The notes under the pieces were generated by a model. The model was not told the origin of the DNA. It did not search any database and saw only the letters and a list, made by a program, of their open reading frames with translations. The translations under genes and the position numbers were made by a program. Below are positions 1 through 11,632 of a stretch of 11,632 nucleotides of DNA, piece after piece (positions within the stretch are counted from its first letter, which is position 1; the number at the start of each line of letters is the position of its first letter). This DNA is from an uncultured cyanobacterium. Its GTDB lineage: Bacteria > Cyanobacteriota > Cyanobacteriia > PCC-6307 > Cyanobiaceae. The stretch covers positions 1-11,632 of the forward strand of contig CAVXWZ010000007.1 in NCBI GenBank assembly GCA_963765575.1. Reading direction: 5' to 3'.

Positions 1-3769
<3,769 letters not shown>

Positions 3770-3835
3770 TGAGCGGTCCAGCTGTGTTGAATGGCCCCAG
3801 AGTCTGACTGACCAGCCCTCCCCCCAGCGCCTGGC

Positions 3836-4384
3836 GTGCCGCTCGAACCCCTGCTGCCGCTGTTCCACCGGCTCAACCGCGAGCATTTCGACGGTTGTCT
3901 GGCGCCCGGCGGCCAGTCGCTGGCGAGCGTGCGCTGGAGTGACGGGCGCCTGCGCCGCAGTGCCGGCCTCTACCGGCGCGGGCGTGATCCCGCCGGCCAG
4001 CGCTTCTGCGAGATCGTGCTTTCCCGGCCGTTGCTGGAGCCGCTGCCCCAGGAGGCCCTGCTCTCCACCCTCTGCCACGAGATGATCCACGTCTGGGTGG
4101 ATCGGGTGCTGGCGGCCCGCGAGGTGCACGGCCCCCACTTCCGTGCCCGCATGGCGGCGATCAACGCCGCCCAGAGCGGGTTCGTGGTCAGCGTGCGCCA
4201 CCGCTATCCCCTGCCCGTCGAGGCGGCCAGTGGCAGCCGCTGGATCGCCCGCTGCCCCCGTTGCGGGGTCAGCGCCCCCTACCGGCGCCGCGTCCGCGGC
4301 CTGGCCTGCCGGGCCTGCTGTGAACGGCACCACGGCGGCCACTGGGACCCCAGCTGTCTGCTGGAGTTCGTGGCGGCGGCCTAG
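3836..4384 (+). CDS. SprT-family zinc metalloprotease with C-terminal zinc ribbon
   Basis: GTG start. FHRLNREHFDG, RLRRSAG, HExxH motif TLCHEMIH, HGPHF, and CPRC...CRAC. Confidence 0.92.
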   Translation: MPLEPLLPLFHRLNREHFDGCLAPGGQSLASVRWSDGRLRRSAGLYRRGRDPAGQRFCEIVLSRPLLEPLPQEALLSTLCHEMIHVWVDRVLAAREVHGPHFRARMAAINAAQSGFVVSVRHRYPLPVEAASGSRWIARCPRCGVSAPYRRRVRGLACRACCERHHGGHWDPSCLLEFVAAA

Positions 4385-4388
4385 GTTC

Positions 4389-4406
4389 GCCGCACCCGAG
4401 TGCGGC
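4389..4406. other. GC-rich hairpin (gccgcac-ccga-gtgcggc) just after the SprT stop
   Basis: Perfect 7-bp inverted repeat with 4-nt loop; no adjacent U-tract, so function is uncertain. Confidence 0.4.
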
Positions 4407-4556
4407 CGTGAGCGTCTTTCTCTGGACCCTGCAGTGGTCCGGCGTGGCCATTGCCGTGGTGGGCCTTCTGCGGGAGCGCCGCCTGTCCCTGAGGCGCCGG
4501 TAGCGTTGGGGGATGCCCGATCGCCGCTCCGATCCCCAGCGTTCCCCCCCGACCCG

Positions 4557-5153
4557 ATGGAGCAGGGCTTCGACCGCCTGGTGAGCGCCGGCAGGCAGCT
4601 GGTGGATGGGGTGTCCGGTGCCCGCCCCGGCACCCGCTCGTCCACCCGCCCAGCCCAGCGCTCGGCCCGCCCCGGGGAGCGGGCCGGTGGCCCCCGCCCG
4701 CGCCTCGGGGAGCTGGGCCGCTGGGTGGAAGACAAGCTCGATTGGATCCTTGAGGACGAGGACGACTGGCGGGAGCCCTGGCAGGAGCCCCGCCCCGGGC
4801 GGCAGGCGCCATCCGGGCGTCCGAGCGTGTCACTGCGGCCGCAGCGGGACGACCCGCCGGAGCCGCCGGCAGCCCGCACGCCAATGCCCGCAGCGTCGGC
4901 GCGCCGGCGGCCCCTGGAGGCCATCTCCCGCCGCGACCAGCGCCGGCCTGCCGCTGAGCCGGCTCAATCCCGCCAGTCCGAGGCCGACGCCTGGCCCGAT
5001 GACACCAGCTTCGCCCGCCCCCGCTGGCAGCGTCCCCTGAGTGATCCCAGCCGGGCCCCCGATCTCAGCGCCGCTGCGGCCCGCAACGCCGCTGCCCGCC
5101 AGCAGGAGGCGGCGCGGCCCCTGCCCCGTTCCAGTCGCCGCCGACCCGGCTGA
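4557..5153 (+). CDS. Hypothetical Pro/Arg-rich protein, 198 aa
   Basis: From ATG 4557 within ORF 4143..5153: MEQGFDRLVSAGRQLVDGVSGARPG, LGRWVEDKLDWILEDEDDWREPW, RRPLEAISRR, WPDDTSF..RWQR, RPLPRSSRRR. I recall these blocks from a conserved picocyanobacterial family. No helicase or other enzymatic motifs are visible. Confidence 0.8.
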   Translation: MEQGFDRLVSAGRQLVDGVSGARPGTRSSTRPAQRSARPGERAGGPRPRLGELGRWVEDKLDWILEDEDDWREPWQEPRPGRQAPSGRPSVSLRPQRDDPPEPPAARTPMPAASARRRPLEAISRRDQRRPAAEPAQSRQSEADAWPDDTSFARPRWQRPLSDPSRAPDLSAAAARNAAARQQEAARPLPRSSRRRPG

Positions 5154-5181
5154 TTACGCTGAGGCCTTCTGAACAGGGTCC

Positions 5182-5703
5182 ATGAGCAGCCTGGTGGTGG
5201 TGGGTTTCCCGAAGGTGACTGAGGCCGAGGAGGTGCGTCGGCAACTGGCGGGCATCCAGAAAGAGCGGCTGATCGCCCTCGAGGATGCGGTGGTGGTGGA
5301 ACACGACGGTGACGGCCAGGTGCACCTGCGCCAGGCGGTCAACCTCACCACCGCCGGCGCCCTGGGCGGTGGCTTCTGGGGCACGCTCGTGGGTCTGCTG
5401 TTCCTCAACCCCCTGCTCGGTGCCGCCGTCGGCGCGGGCGTGGGTGCCGCCTCCGGGTCGCTCTCCGACATCGGCATCGACGACACCTTCATGCGCGAAC
5501 TGGGTGAAACCCTGCCCCGCGGCAGTGCGGCCCTCTGCCTGTTGATCCGTGAAGCCACCGCCGACCGGGTGATCGAGCGCCTGCGGGTGCATGCGCCCCA
5601 CGCCAAGTTGCTGCGCAGCAACCTCAGCCACACCGACGAGGATCAGCTGCGCACCCTGCTGGAGGACGCCGCCCGGCAGGCCGAGGCCCTGCGGCTCTCC
5701 TGA
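5182..5703 (+). CDS. DUF1269-family membrane protein
   Basis: LEDAVVV, glycine-zipper hydrophobic segment GALGGGFWGTLVGLLFLNPLLGAAVGAGVGAASGSLSDIGIDDTF, and LPRGSAAL. Confidence 0.9.
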   Translation: MSSLVVVGFPKVTEAEEVRRQLAGIQKERLIALEDAVVVEHDGDGQVHLRQAVNLTTAGALGGGFWGTLVGLLFLNPLLGAAVGAGVGAASGSLSDIGIDDTFMRELGETLPRGSAALCLLIREATADRVIERLRVHAPHAKLLRSNLSHTDEDQLRTLLEDAARQAEALRLS

Positions 5704-5817
5704 GCCAGCTGCAGGGCACGGCCGCATGCCTTGCAGGCGGCCCAGGTCGGTGAGGCTGAGCCAGTCAGCCTTGGGGTCAGCCCGGGGGTGAGGTTGGGGA
5801 GTCGCTGGGGCCTTCAT
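5704..5817 (-). pseudogene. Probable 5' remnant of a conserved picocyanobacterial hypothetical gene (WLSLTDLGR motif)
   Basis: ATG 5817 gives MKAPATPQPHPRADPKADWLSLTDLGRLQGM; restoring one base continues (S)AVPCS, resembling WLSLTDLGRxYGISAxHCG as I recall it from memory. It then collides with the DUF1269 stop. Confidence 0.5.
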
Positions 5818-6427
5818 GGTGTTGCGCGGCCGGCCCCAGCCACTGCTCGAGGTCTGGAGAGAACACCTCCCGGATCACCGTCAGCGGCTGACCGCCGCGG
5901 AAAAAGCGGTAGTGGCGACTCCAGAAGGGGCCGCCGTGGCCGAAGCGGTTCACCAGCCAGGGGGCCTGCACCAGGGCCAGGCCATCCACCTCCCGGAACA
6001 GTTCGGCCCGGTTGCTGGTGAGGCTGTTCCAGATGGGCTGATCGCGCTGGCGCAGGTGGGCATCAGCCTGGCCCTGGTTCCACCAGCTCTCGGCCCAGGC
6101 CAGGGTGTGGTCGCCGCAGCGCAGCCACACCTGACGGCGCAGCAGGGGCAGGGCCAGTTCGGCCACCTCGGCCGGGGGACGGGCGCCGTCCTGGTGGGGC
6201 TGCGCCTGGGGGGTCATGGCGATCAGCTCAATGCGCACCGGCAGGCCGGTGAGCGACTCCAGGTGGCGGGTGGGGCTGCCGTCGCCGAGCAGCAGCAGCC
6301 TCCAGGGGCCACTGAGGACCTGGGCCAGGGTCTGCAGATCACCCTCCCCGAGCTGCCGCTCCCACAGGGCCGCAGGCGACGGGGTGGGCACGGGGCTCGG
6401 GGACAGGCTGAGGCCCGTGGCCGTCAT
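5777..6427 (-). CDS. Chorismate pyruvate-lyase-like protein (DUF98/Ycf21, cyanobacterial UbiC-like)
   Basis: WRLLLLGDGSPTRHL, LRRQVWL, LAWAESWWN, PIW, ELFRE, WSRHYRF, LTVIREVFSP. Confidence 0.9.
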   Translation of the reverse strand: MTATGLSLSPSPVPTPSPAALWERQLGEGDLQTLAQVLSGPWRLLLLGDGSPTRHLESLTGLPVRIELIAMTPQAQPHQDGARPPAEVAELALPLLRRQVWLRCGDHTLAWAESWWNQGQADAHLRQRDQPIWNSLTSNRAELFREVDGLALVQAPWLVNRFGHGGPFWSRHYRFFRGGQPLTVIREVFSPDLEQWLGPAAQHHEGPSDSPTSPPG

Positions 6428-6482
6428 GGCTGGCTGCTGGCGATCACGGCTCAGCGTAGAAACCAGCCCCAGGGCACCGGGA

Positions 6483-7376
6483 TCAGGAGCCGTTGCTGAT
6501 GCTGATGCGGAGCTGCTGGCCGTTGCGCTCGATCACCGCCGCATCGCCGCTGGCAGCGGCCAGGCGCCAGCCGCTGTTGCCGATCGACTCGCCGATCGCT
6601 GCGCTGGTGGAGCTGCCGCCCACCTGGAAGATGGCGGATCCGCCCTGACCGGGCACCTGCACCACCCCCACCAGCTGGGGCAGGCTGGGGTCAGCCGGCG
6701 CCGGTGTCGCCCTCGACGCTGAGGGGCCTGTGCCGGTGGCGGCCGCCGGGGCGGGCCTGGAAACCTGACCACTCATCGGCACCTTGAGCACGTTGGCGGC
6801 CGGAGCGCTGCTGGCCGGCAGGGTGGCCAGCTCCTCCATCCATGGCTCCAAGGGCGGTGGCGGCAGTGCGTCGCCGTCACTGCTCAGGGTTGGGGCCTGG
6901 CTGGGCTGGAGGCCCGCCACGATGGTGGTGTCCGCGACTGGGGCCGGCATGGTGGCCGGGCCCATGGCGCGCAGGCGTTCCACCAGCAGCAAGTTGCGTT
7001 CCTGCCGCAGGGCCTGCTGGCTCTGACCCCAGAGGCCCAGGCCCACCAGCACGCTGCCGGCCAGGGTGGTGACCGTGAGCCCCACGGCGGCGATCACCAG
7101 GGTCGACTGATGCTGGAGGCTGCTGCTCCAGGCGCTCCCCACCGTGCCCCTGGCCCGGGCCACCGCGGAGCGCCGCTGGCTGGGGAGGGTGGTGGCGCCG
7201 CGGCGGGTCGACGCTGGTTGCGGCCGCGGGCCGAACGCCGGAGCTGCGGCATTGGCGGGGGTGTCACACACCTCCACCTCGATCGGCGCCTCCGGGGAGA
7301 ACACCCGGTTGAGCACCTGCTCGGCGCGGAGTTCCCAATAGGCCCGCGACGTGGGGATGGCGCGCACGGACGGCAT
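6483..7376 (-). CDS. Single-pass membrane protein with Pro-rich linker and C-terminal GspC/PilP-like beta domain (possible type IV pilus/T2SS accessory)
   Basis: ATG 7376 (MPSVRAIPTSRAYWELRAEQVLNRVF), TM segment LVIAAVGLTVTTLAGSVLVGLGLW, LPPPP..PW, and C-terminal LVGVVQ..SAIFQV..IGESIGNSGWRL..AVIERNGQQLRISI. Confidence 0.75.
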   Translation of the reverse strand: MPSVRAIPTSRAYWELRAEQVLNRVFSPEAPIEVEVCDTPANAAAPAFGPRPQPASTRRGATTLPSQRRSAVARARGTVGSAWSSSLQHQSTLVIAAVGLTVTTLAGSVLVGLGLWGQSQQALRQERNLLLVERLRAMGPATMPAPVADTTIVAGLQPSQAPTLSSDGDALPPPPLEPWMEELATLPASSAPAANVLKVPMSGQVSRPAPAAATGTGPSASRATPAPADPSLPQLVGVVQVPGQGGSAIFQVGGSSTSAAIGESIGNSGWRLAAASGDAAVIERNGQQLRISISNGS

Positions 7377-7388
7377 GGCCCAACGACG

Positions 7389-7420
7389 GGAAATTTGCCA
7401 GTCAACGTACTGGCAGTTCC
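7389..7420. promoter_or_regulatory. Inverted repeat TGCCAGT-N6-ACTGGCA (7396-7415) with outer GGAA/TTCC, in an AT-richer intergenic region
   Basis: Directly visible, about 20-40 nt upstream of ATG 7376 and downstream of the sulfotransferase stop at 7453. Confidence 0.5.
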
Positions 7421-7452
7421 GAGATTTGACGAGATTGTTGTGGCGGAATGGC

Positions 7453-8205
7453 TCAGAGGCTGTAGCCGAGGTCTGCTGCCAGTCCAGCGCATGACCGCCG
7501 CACCCGGGCGATCTCCGCAGCGTTGAGGTGCTGGCGGTAGCCGCCGCTGTTGTCGAACAGTGGTTGATTGATCTGGCGGTTGCGGTGGTCCACATGGCTC
7601 ACCCCCGCCAGTTCACCCTCCCCGCGGGCGGCTGGGGCCTGCTCCCCGCCCCTGCCGCCATACCAGCTCACCGGTTGCTGGTGGTAGGTCAGCTGTTGCT
7701 CCTCAAAGTCCAGCTCCAGAAAGCCCATCACCTGCTCCAGGCAGGCCTGGGGGTTCTGCACCAGCTGCTCGTAGCGCACCAGATGCACCCGGGGATGGCC
7801 CCGCCAGCGCAGCACCCGGCGGTTGTCCTGCTGCCAGCGACGCAGGCTTTTCCCCAGCCGCCCGTAGCGCCGCTTCAGGGAGGCCACCGTGTCGAGCGGA
7901 TGGCGGCAGATCAGCAGGATCCGCGAGCAGGGGGCGGCGCCGAGGATGAAGCCGAGGTGGCGCACATGCTTGGGCGTCTTCTCCACCCAGCAATCGCTGC
8001 CCGCGTCCCCGCTGGCCCGCCAGAACTGCTCCAGGGCGAGGCGATAGCGGCCGTAGCTCTCCTTCTTGGCCACGCCGGTTTCGCCGGCGATCGCATGCAC
8101 CCGCGAGTGGGCCCCCACCAGGCGGGTGAGGATCGAGGTGCCGGAGTGGCCGCAGCCGCAGACATGGATGCTGCCCCGCAGGGGTTCACGCCAGAGCCTG
8201 TGCAT
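7453..8205 (-). CDS. Sulfotransferase (Sulfotransfer_3-like), 250 aa
   Basis: 5'-PSB loop GCGHSGTSIL, WVEKTPKH, 3'-PB motif ICRHPLDTVASL, VRYEQLVQNP..L..VMGFLEL, terminal LGY. AAGGAG precedes ATG 8205. Confidence 0.9.
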   Translation of the reverse strand: MHRLWREPLRGSIHVCGCGHSGTSILTRLVGAHSRVHAIAGETGVAKKESYGRYRLALEQFWRASGDAGSDCWVEKTPKHVRHLGFILGAAPCSRILLICRHPLDTVASLKRRYGRLGKSLRRWQQDNRRVLRWRGHPRVHLVRYEQLVQNPQACLEQVMGFLELDFEEQQLTYHQQPVSWYGGRGGEQAPAARGEGELAGVSHVDHRNRQINQPLFDNSGGYRQHLNAAEIARVRRSCAGLAADLGYSL

Positions 8206-8214
8206 CGTTGCCGT

Positions 8215-8220
8215 CTCCTT
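8215..8220 (-). promoter_or_regulatory. Shine-Dalgarno AAGGAG for the 8205 sulfotransferase
   Basis: Minus strand TGAAGGAGACGGCAACGATG; the SD overlaps the upstream stop and sits 9 nt before the ATG. Confidence 0.7.
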
Positions 8221-9011
8221 CAGGTCCAGTGCCGGTCGATCCAGGGCACCGGCATCACGAAACGGCGCAGCCCGCCCCAGTCGCGCTGGCTGAGCAGCCG
8301 CCTCAGGTGGGCCCGCCGGCCGGCGTAGGCGGGCGAATCGGCTTTCCATCGCCCGAGCCGCACATCGGCGGGGTTGGGCCCCCCGGGGAAGGTGATGATG
8401 CGGCTGCCCGCCGGCAACCGGGCCGGCCGCAGGTAGCGCAGCGGCAGCGGCCCCAGGCAGTGGAGCCGGAAATGGCGGGTCCAGCCCCGGGGCCAGAACT
8501 GCAGCTGCCGTTGCAGGCAGGCGGTCACGTAGTGCTGCTCGTAGCCGAAGCGGTCGGCGAGGCCCTGGGGATCGCGGCGGAAGCGCTCCAGGATCTGCGG
8601 ATGGGAGCCGATGCGGAAGCGGAACACCGAGGTCTGGCCCAGGCCACTGAGGGGACGTGACCAGTTGCGCTCCAGGATCACAGCAGCGGGCGGGCCGAAG
8701 CTGAAGTAAGGATCGAGATCGGCCACGATCACCGAATCCAGGTCCACGAACAGGGCTGTTCCTTGCAATCCCCCCGGCAAAGGCCCCCAGAGGGCGAGCT
8801 TGCGCCATTTGCCGCGGGTGCGCTGGGGCTCCTCGCAGCCCAGCTCGGGCAGCGGCAGCACGCGGATCGAGGCATCCAGGCCGCTGCCGTCCTCGGTGAA
8901 GCACACCAGCTGGAACGGCGGCGTGAGGTGGCGGGCCAGCATCCGCTGCAGCCGGTTGACATAGTCGGGCCCGTATTTTGTGCCCCACTTGATGCACAGA
9001 ACCAGCTTCAT
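8220..9011 (-). CDS. Putative GT-A (GT8-like) glycosyltransferase
   Basis: CIKWGTKYGPDYVNRL, VCFTED, WRKLALW, DxD motif LFVDLDSVIV, QTSVFRF, EQHYVT, ITFPGGPNP. ATG 9011 overlaps the upstream TGA (TGATG). Confidence 0.85.
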   Translation of the reverse strand: MKLVLCIKWGTKYGPDYVNRLQRMLARHLTPPFQLVCFTEDGSGLDASIRVLPLPELGCEEPQRTRGKWRKLALWGPLPGGLQGTALFVDLDSVIVADLDPYFSFGPPAAVILERNWSRPLSGLGQTSVFRFRIGSHPQILERFRRDPQGLADRFGYEQHYVTACLQRQLQFWPRGWTRHFRLHCLGPLPLRYLRPARLPAGSRIITFPGGPNPADVRLGRWKADSPAYAGRRAHLRRLLSQRDWGGLRRFVMPVPWIDRHWT

Positions 9012-9700
9012 CAATACCGGAGCGCCTGGATTTCCCGGGCGCAGATCAGTCGAATGCGCTGCTGGCTGGCCGCATCGAGCACCTCTTGCCAGGGGCGCTT
9101 GTCGTGGCGGTGTTGCCCCTTGGGCCGCTGGGTTGGCAGTTCCAGCGGGCGCTCCAGCCCCAGGCGCCGGGACAGCGCCAGCAGGTCAGCAGCCAGTGAT
9201 TCGTAGCGCAGCATCACATCGGTGATCAGTGTGTCGTTGATGCTGTAGATGTCCCAGTTGGAGAGTTCGCCGGGGGGGCAGCTCTTGATATAGGCGTTGA
9301 TGGGCAGGGGCTGGCTCTGTTTGCGGGAGCGCCAGTAGTAGCTGCTGATCGCCTTGTCGAAGGGATTGCGTTCCACACTGATCTTCAGATAGGCGTCCCA
9401 GGTGGGAGCAGGCAGCTGGGCCTTGATCTGGGCGGCCGGAATATGATTGTAGAAGCGCTTCTTCAGCCTGGCCCGGCTTACCAGACGCACCAGGTCTGGG
9501 GCGGAGTAGTGGTGCAGCGGAGTGCGGAAGTTGCGCGGCCCCGGGAAGCCCAGCCGGCGGCTGAGGTGCTCGTCGTCGCGGGAGATGGGGGTGATCACAT
9601 CGCCTGGGGCCATCAGCGACCGCAGGGCGATTTCGATGGCGGTGCCCGCCGTTTTCTGGGTTTTGAGGAAGATGAAGCGGTGGTGATGGCAGATCAGCAT
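9011..9700 (-). CDS. Sulfotransferase (Sulfotransfer_2-like)
   Basis: [14 protein letters not shown] (5'-PSB), [17 protein letters not shown] (3'-PB), LRYESL..DL, terminal EIQALRY. Confidence 0.88.
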   Translation of the reverse strand: MLICHHHRFIFLKTQKTAGTAIEIALRSLMAPGDVITPISRDDEHLSRRLGFPGPRNFRTPLHHYSAPDLVRLVSRARLKKRFYNHIPAAQIKAQLPAPTWDAYLKISVERNPFDKAISSYYWRSRKQSQPLPINAYIKSCPPGELSNWDIYSINDTLITDVMLRYESLAADLLALSRRLGLERPLELPTQRPKGQHRHDKRPWQEVLDAASQQRIRLICAREIQALRY

Positions 9701-11632
9701 GGGGCGCCCTGACCCTGGCGCCGTTTGGCCAGCTCCAGCCAGAGCATCAGGGCCGTGACATCCGCGGGGCTCACCCCCGCCAGCCGGCCCGCCTGGCCGA
9801 GGCTCACCGGGCGCACCGCCGCCAGCTTCTCGCGCGCTTCATGGGACAGGGTGGCGATGGTGGCATAGTCGAGATCGGCGGGAATCGGCCGGTGTTCCTC
9901 CCGCTTGACGCGCTCGATCTGCTGCTCCTGGCGGGCCAGGTAGCCGCTGTATTTGATGTCGATCTCGGCCCCTTCGCGCACATCGGCGGGCAGGGTCCCA
10001 TCGGCCAGGCCATGGCCCACCAGGTCGGCGGCGTGGAAGCCCGGCCGGCGCAGCAGTTCCGCCAGGGTGATGGAGCCCTTGATGGGGGCTCCGGTGTGCT
10101 CTTCCACCGCGGCAGCAGCGGCGTCACTGGCCTTCAAGCGCACGGTCTCCAGTCGCCGCTTCTCGGCGCTGATCGCCTCCTGCTTGGCCGCGTAGATTCC
10201 CCAGCGGCGCCCGTCGATCAGGCCCAGCTCCCGGCCCAGGGGGGTGAGCCGGCGGTCGGCGTTGTCGCCGCGCAGCACCAGCCGGTATTCGCTGCGGCTG
10301 GTGAGCACCCGGTAGGGCTCGCGCAGATCCTTGCTGATCAGGTCGTCGACCATCGTGCCGATGTAGCTGCCCTCGCGGGGGAAGTGCACCGGCTCCTGGC
10401 CCCGCACCAGTCGGGCGGCGTTGAGGCCCGCCACCAGGCCCTGGGCGGCGGCCTCCTCGTAGCCGGTGGTGCCGTTGAGCTGGCCGGCGCTGAACAGCCC
10501 GGCGACCCGCTTGGTTTCCAGGGAGGGTTTGAGCTGGGTGGCGGGCAGGATGTCGTAGTCCACGGCGTAGGCGGGCCGCAGCATCACGCACTGCTCCAGG
10601 CCGGGCAGGGTGCGCGGAGCAGCTCCAGCTGCAGCCGCTCCGGCAGACCGGTGGAGAAGCCCTGCACGTAGATCTCGGGGGTGTCGCGGCCTTCGGGCTC
10701 CAGGAAGATCTGGTGGCTCGGCTTGTCGGCGAAGCGCACGATCTTGTCCTCGATCGAGGGGCAGTAGCGCGGTCCCTTGCTGTCGATGAAGCCGCCGTAG
10801 ATCGGCGTGAGGTGCAGGTTGTCGCGGATCAGCTGGTGGGTGGCGGCGGTGGTGCGGGTGATGTGGCCAGTTCATCTGCTCCCCGCTCACCCAGGCGGCG
10901 GGATCGAAGGAGAAGAAGCGATCGGCGGCATCGCTGGGCTGCTCCTCGAGCTGATCGAGGGCGATGCTGCGCCGGTCCACCCGCGCCGGAGTGCCGGTTT
11001 TCAGCCGATCGGTGCCGAAGCCCAGCCGCTGCAGCGCTTCGGTGAGGCCTTCACAGGCCTGCTCGCCGGCGCGGCCGGCCGCCATGCTCCGGCTGCCCAC
11101 CCAGATCCGGCCCCCCAGGAAGGTGCCGGTGGTGAGCGCCACGGCCGCGCCCCATAGACACTGCCGAAGTAGGTGTGCACGCCGGTGATGCGGGCCGCCG
11201 GCCCCTGGGCCGGATCCCAGCCGGGGCCGCCGCCGTCGGCCGCACCCTCGATCTCCAGCCCGGTCACCATCGCCTCGCGCAGGGCCAGGTTGGGGGTGTG
11301 CTGCAGCAGTTGCAGCATCTGGCGGGCGTAGTGGCGCTTGTCGGTCTGGGCGCGCAGGGCCCACACGGCCGGGCCGCGGCTGGCGTTGAGCACCCGCTTC
11401 TGCAGGGCGGTGGCATCGGCCAGGCGGCCGATCACGCCGCCGAGGGCATCCACCTCATGCACCAGCTGGCTCTTGGCCGGACCGCCCACCGCCGGGTTGC
11501 AGGGCTGCCAGGCGATGCGGTCGAGGTTGAGGGTGAACAGGGCCGTCTGCAGCCCCAGCCGGGCCGCCGTGATGGCGGCCTCACAGCCGGCAGTGGCCGC
11601 CGCCCACCACGATCACGTCGAAGCATTCGCTG
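9694..11632 (-). CDS. mnmG: tRNA uridine-5-carboxymethylaminomethyl(34) synthesis enzyme MnmG/GidA; 5' end just outside window; apparent frameshifts near 11593, 11150, 10866, 10618
   Basis: [132 protein letters not shown]. Confidence 0.97.

Noticed and set aside
4385..4556. SRP RNA, tRNA or riboswitch in the spacer
   Set aside because: No SRP GGAA-loop consensus, no cloverleaf or T-loop, no recognisable aptamer.
3770..4924. N-terminal 385 aa of ORF 3350..4924
   Set aside because: Antisense to sprT and the next gene, low complexity; only the part from ATG 3769 looks protein-like.
5065..5703. Rest of minus-strand ORF 5065..5817 as a full gene
   Set aside because: Antisense to the well-supported DUF1269 gene; only its first ~35 codons look like a real remnant.
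8087..8094. HIP1 octamer GCGATCGC and frequent CGATCG/GGCGCC
   Set aside because: Only one canonical copy noticed; a genome-wide cyanobacterial trait whose enrichment cannot be tested here.
8206..8997. Apparent 514-aa sulfotransferase fusion (7453..8997)
   Set aside because: The upstream half is an alternative frame of the glycosyltransferase gene; an SD and ATG at 8205 give the likely start.

Overview
GC-rich chromosomal segment that looks like a picocyanobacterium (Cyanobium/Synechococcus-like, inferred from protein style and gene content). Right to left on the minus strand: mnmG (start just outside the window), a coupled sulfotransferase / glycosyltransferase-like / sulfotransferase cassette, a membrane-anchored GspC/PilP-like protein, a DUF98/UbiC-like chorismate lyase and a probable gene remnant. 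On the plus strand (3836-5703): a SprT-family metalloprotease, a low-complexity hypothetical protein and a DUF1269 membrane protein. Then, on the minus strand, a small membrane protein and ligA. The most unusual feature is a head-to-tail second copy of the 3' half of ligA (motif V, OB fold, Zn finger, HhH, BRCT; 1-1151 vs 1152-2309), starting 8 nt after the ligA stop. The copies are nearly identical over OB-Zn-first HhH and clearly diverged over distal HhH-linker-BRCT, with many synonymous changes. Single-base frameshifts cluster at both window ends (ligA, mnmG) and are probably sequencing errors, so frame-level claims there are tentative.
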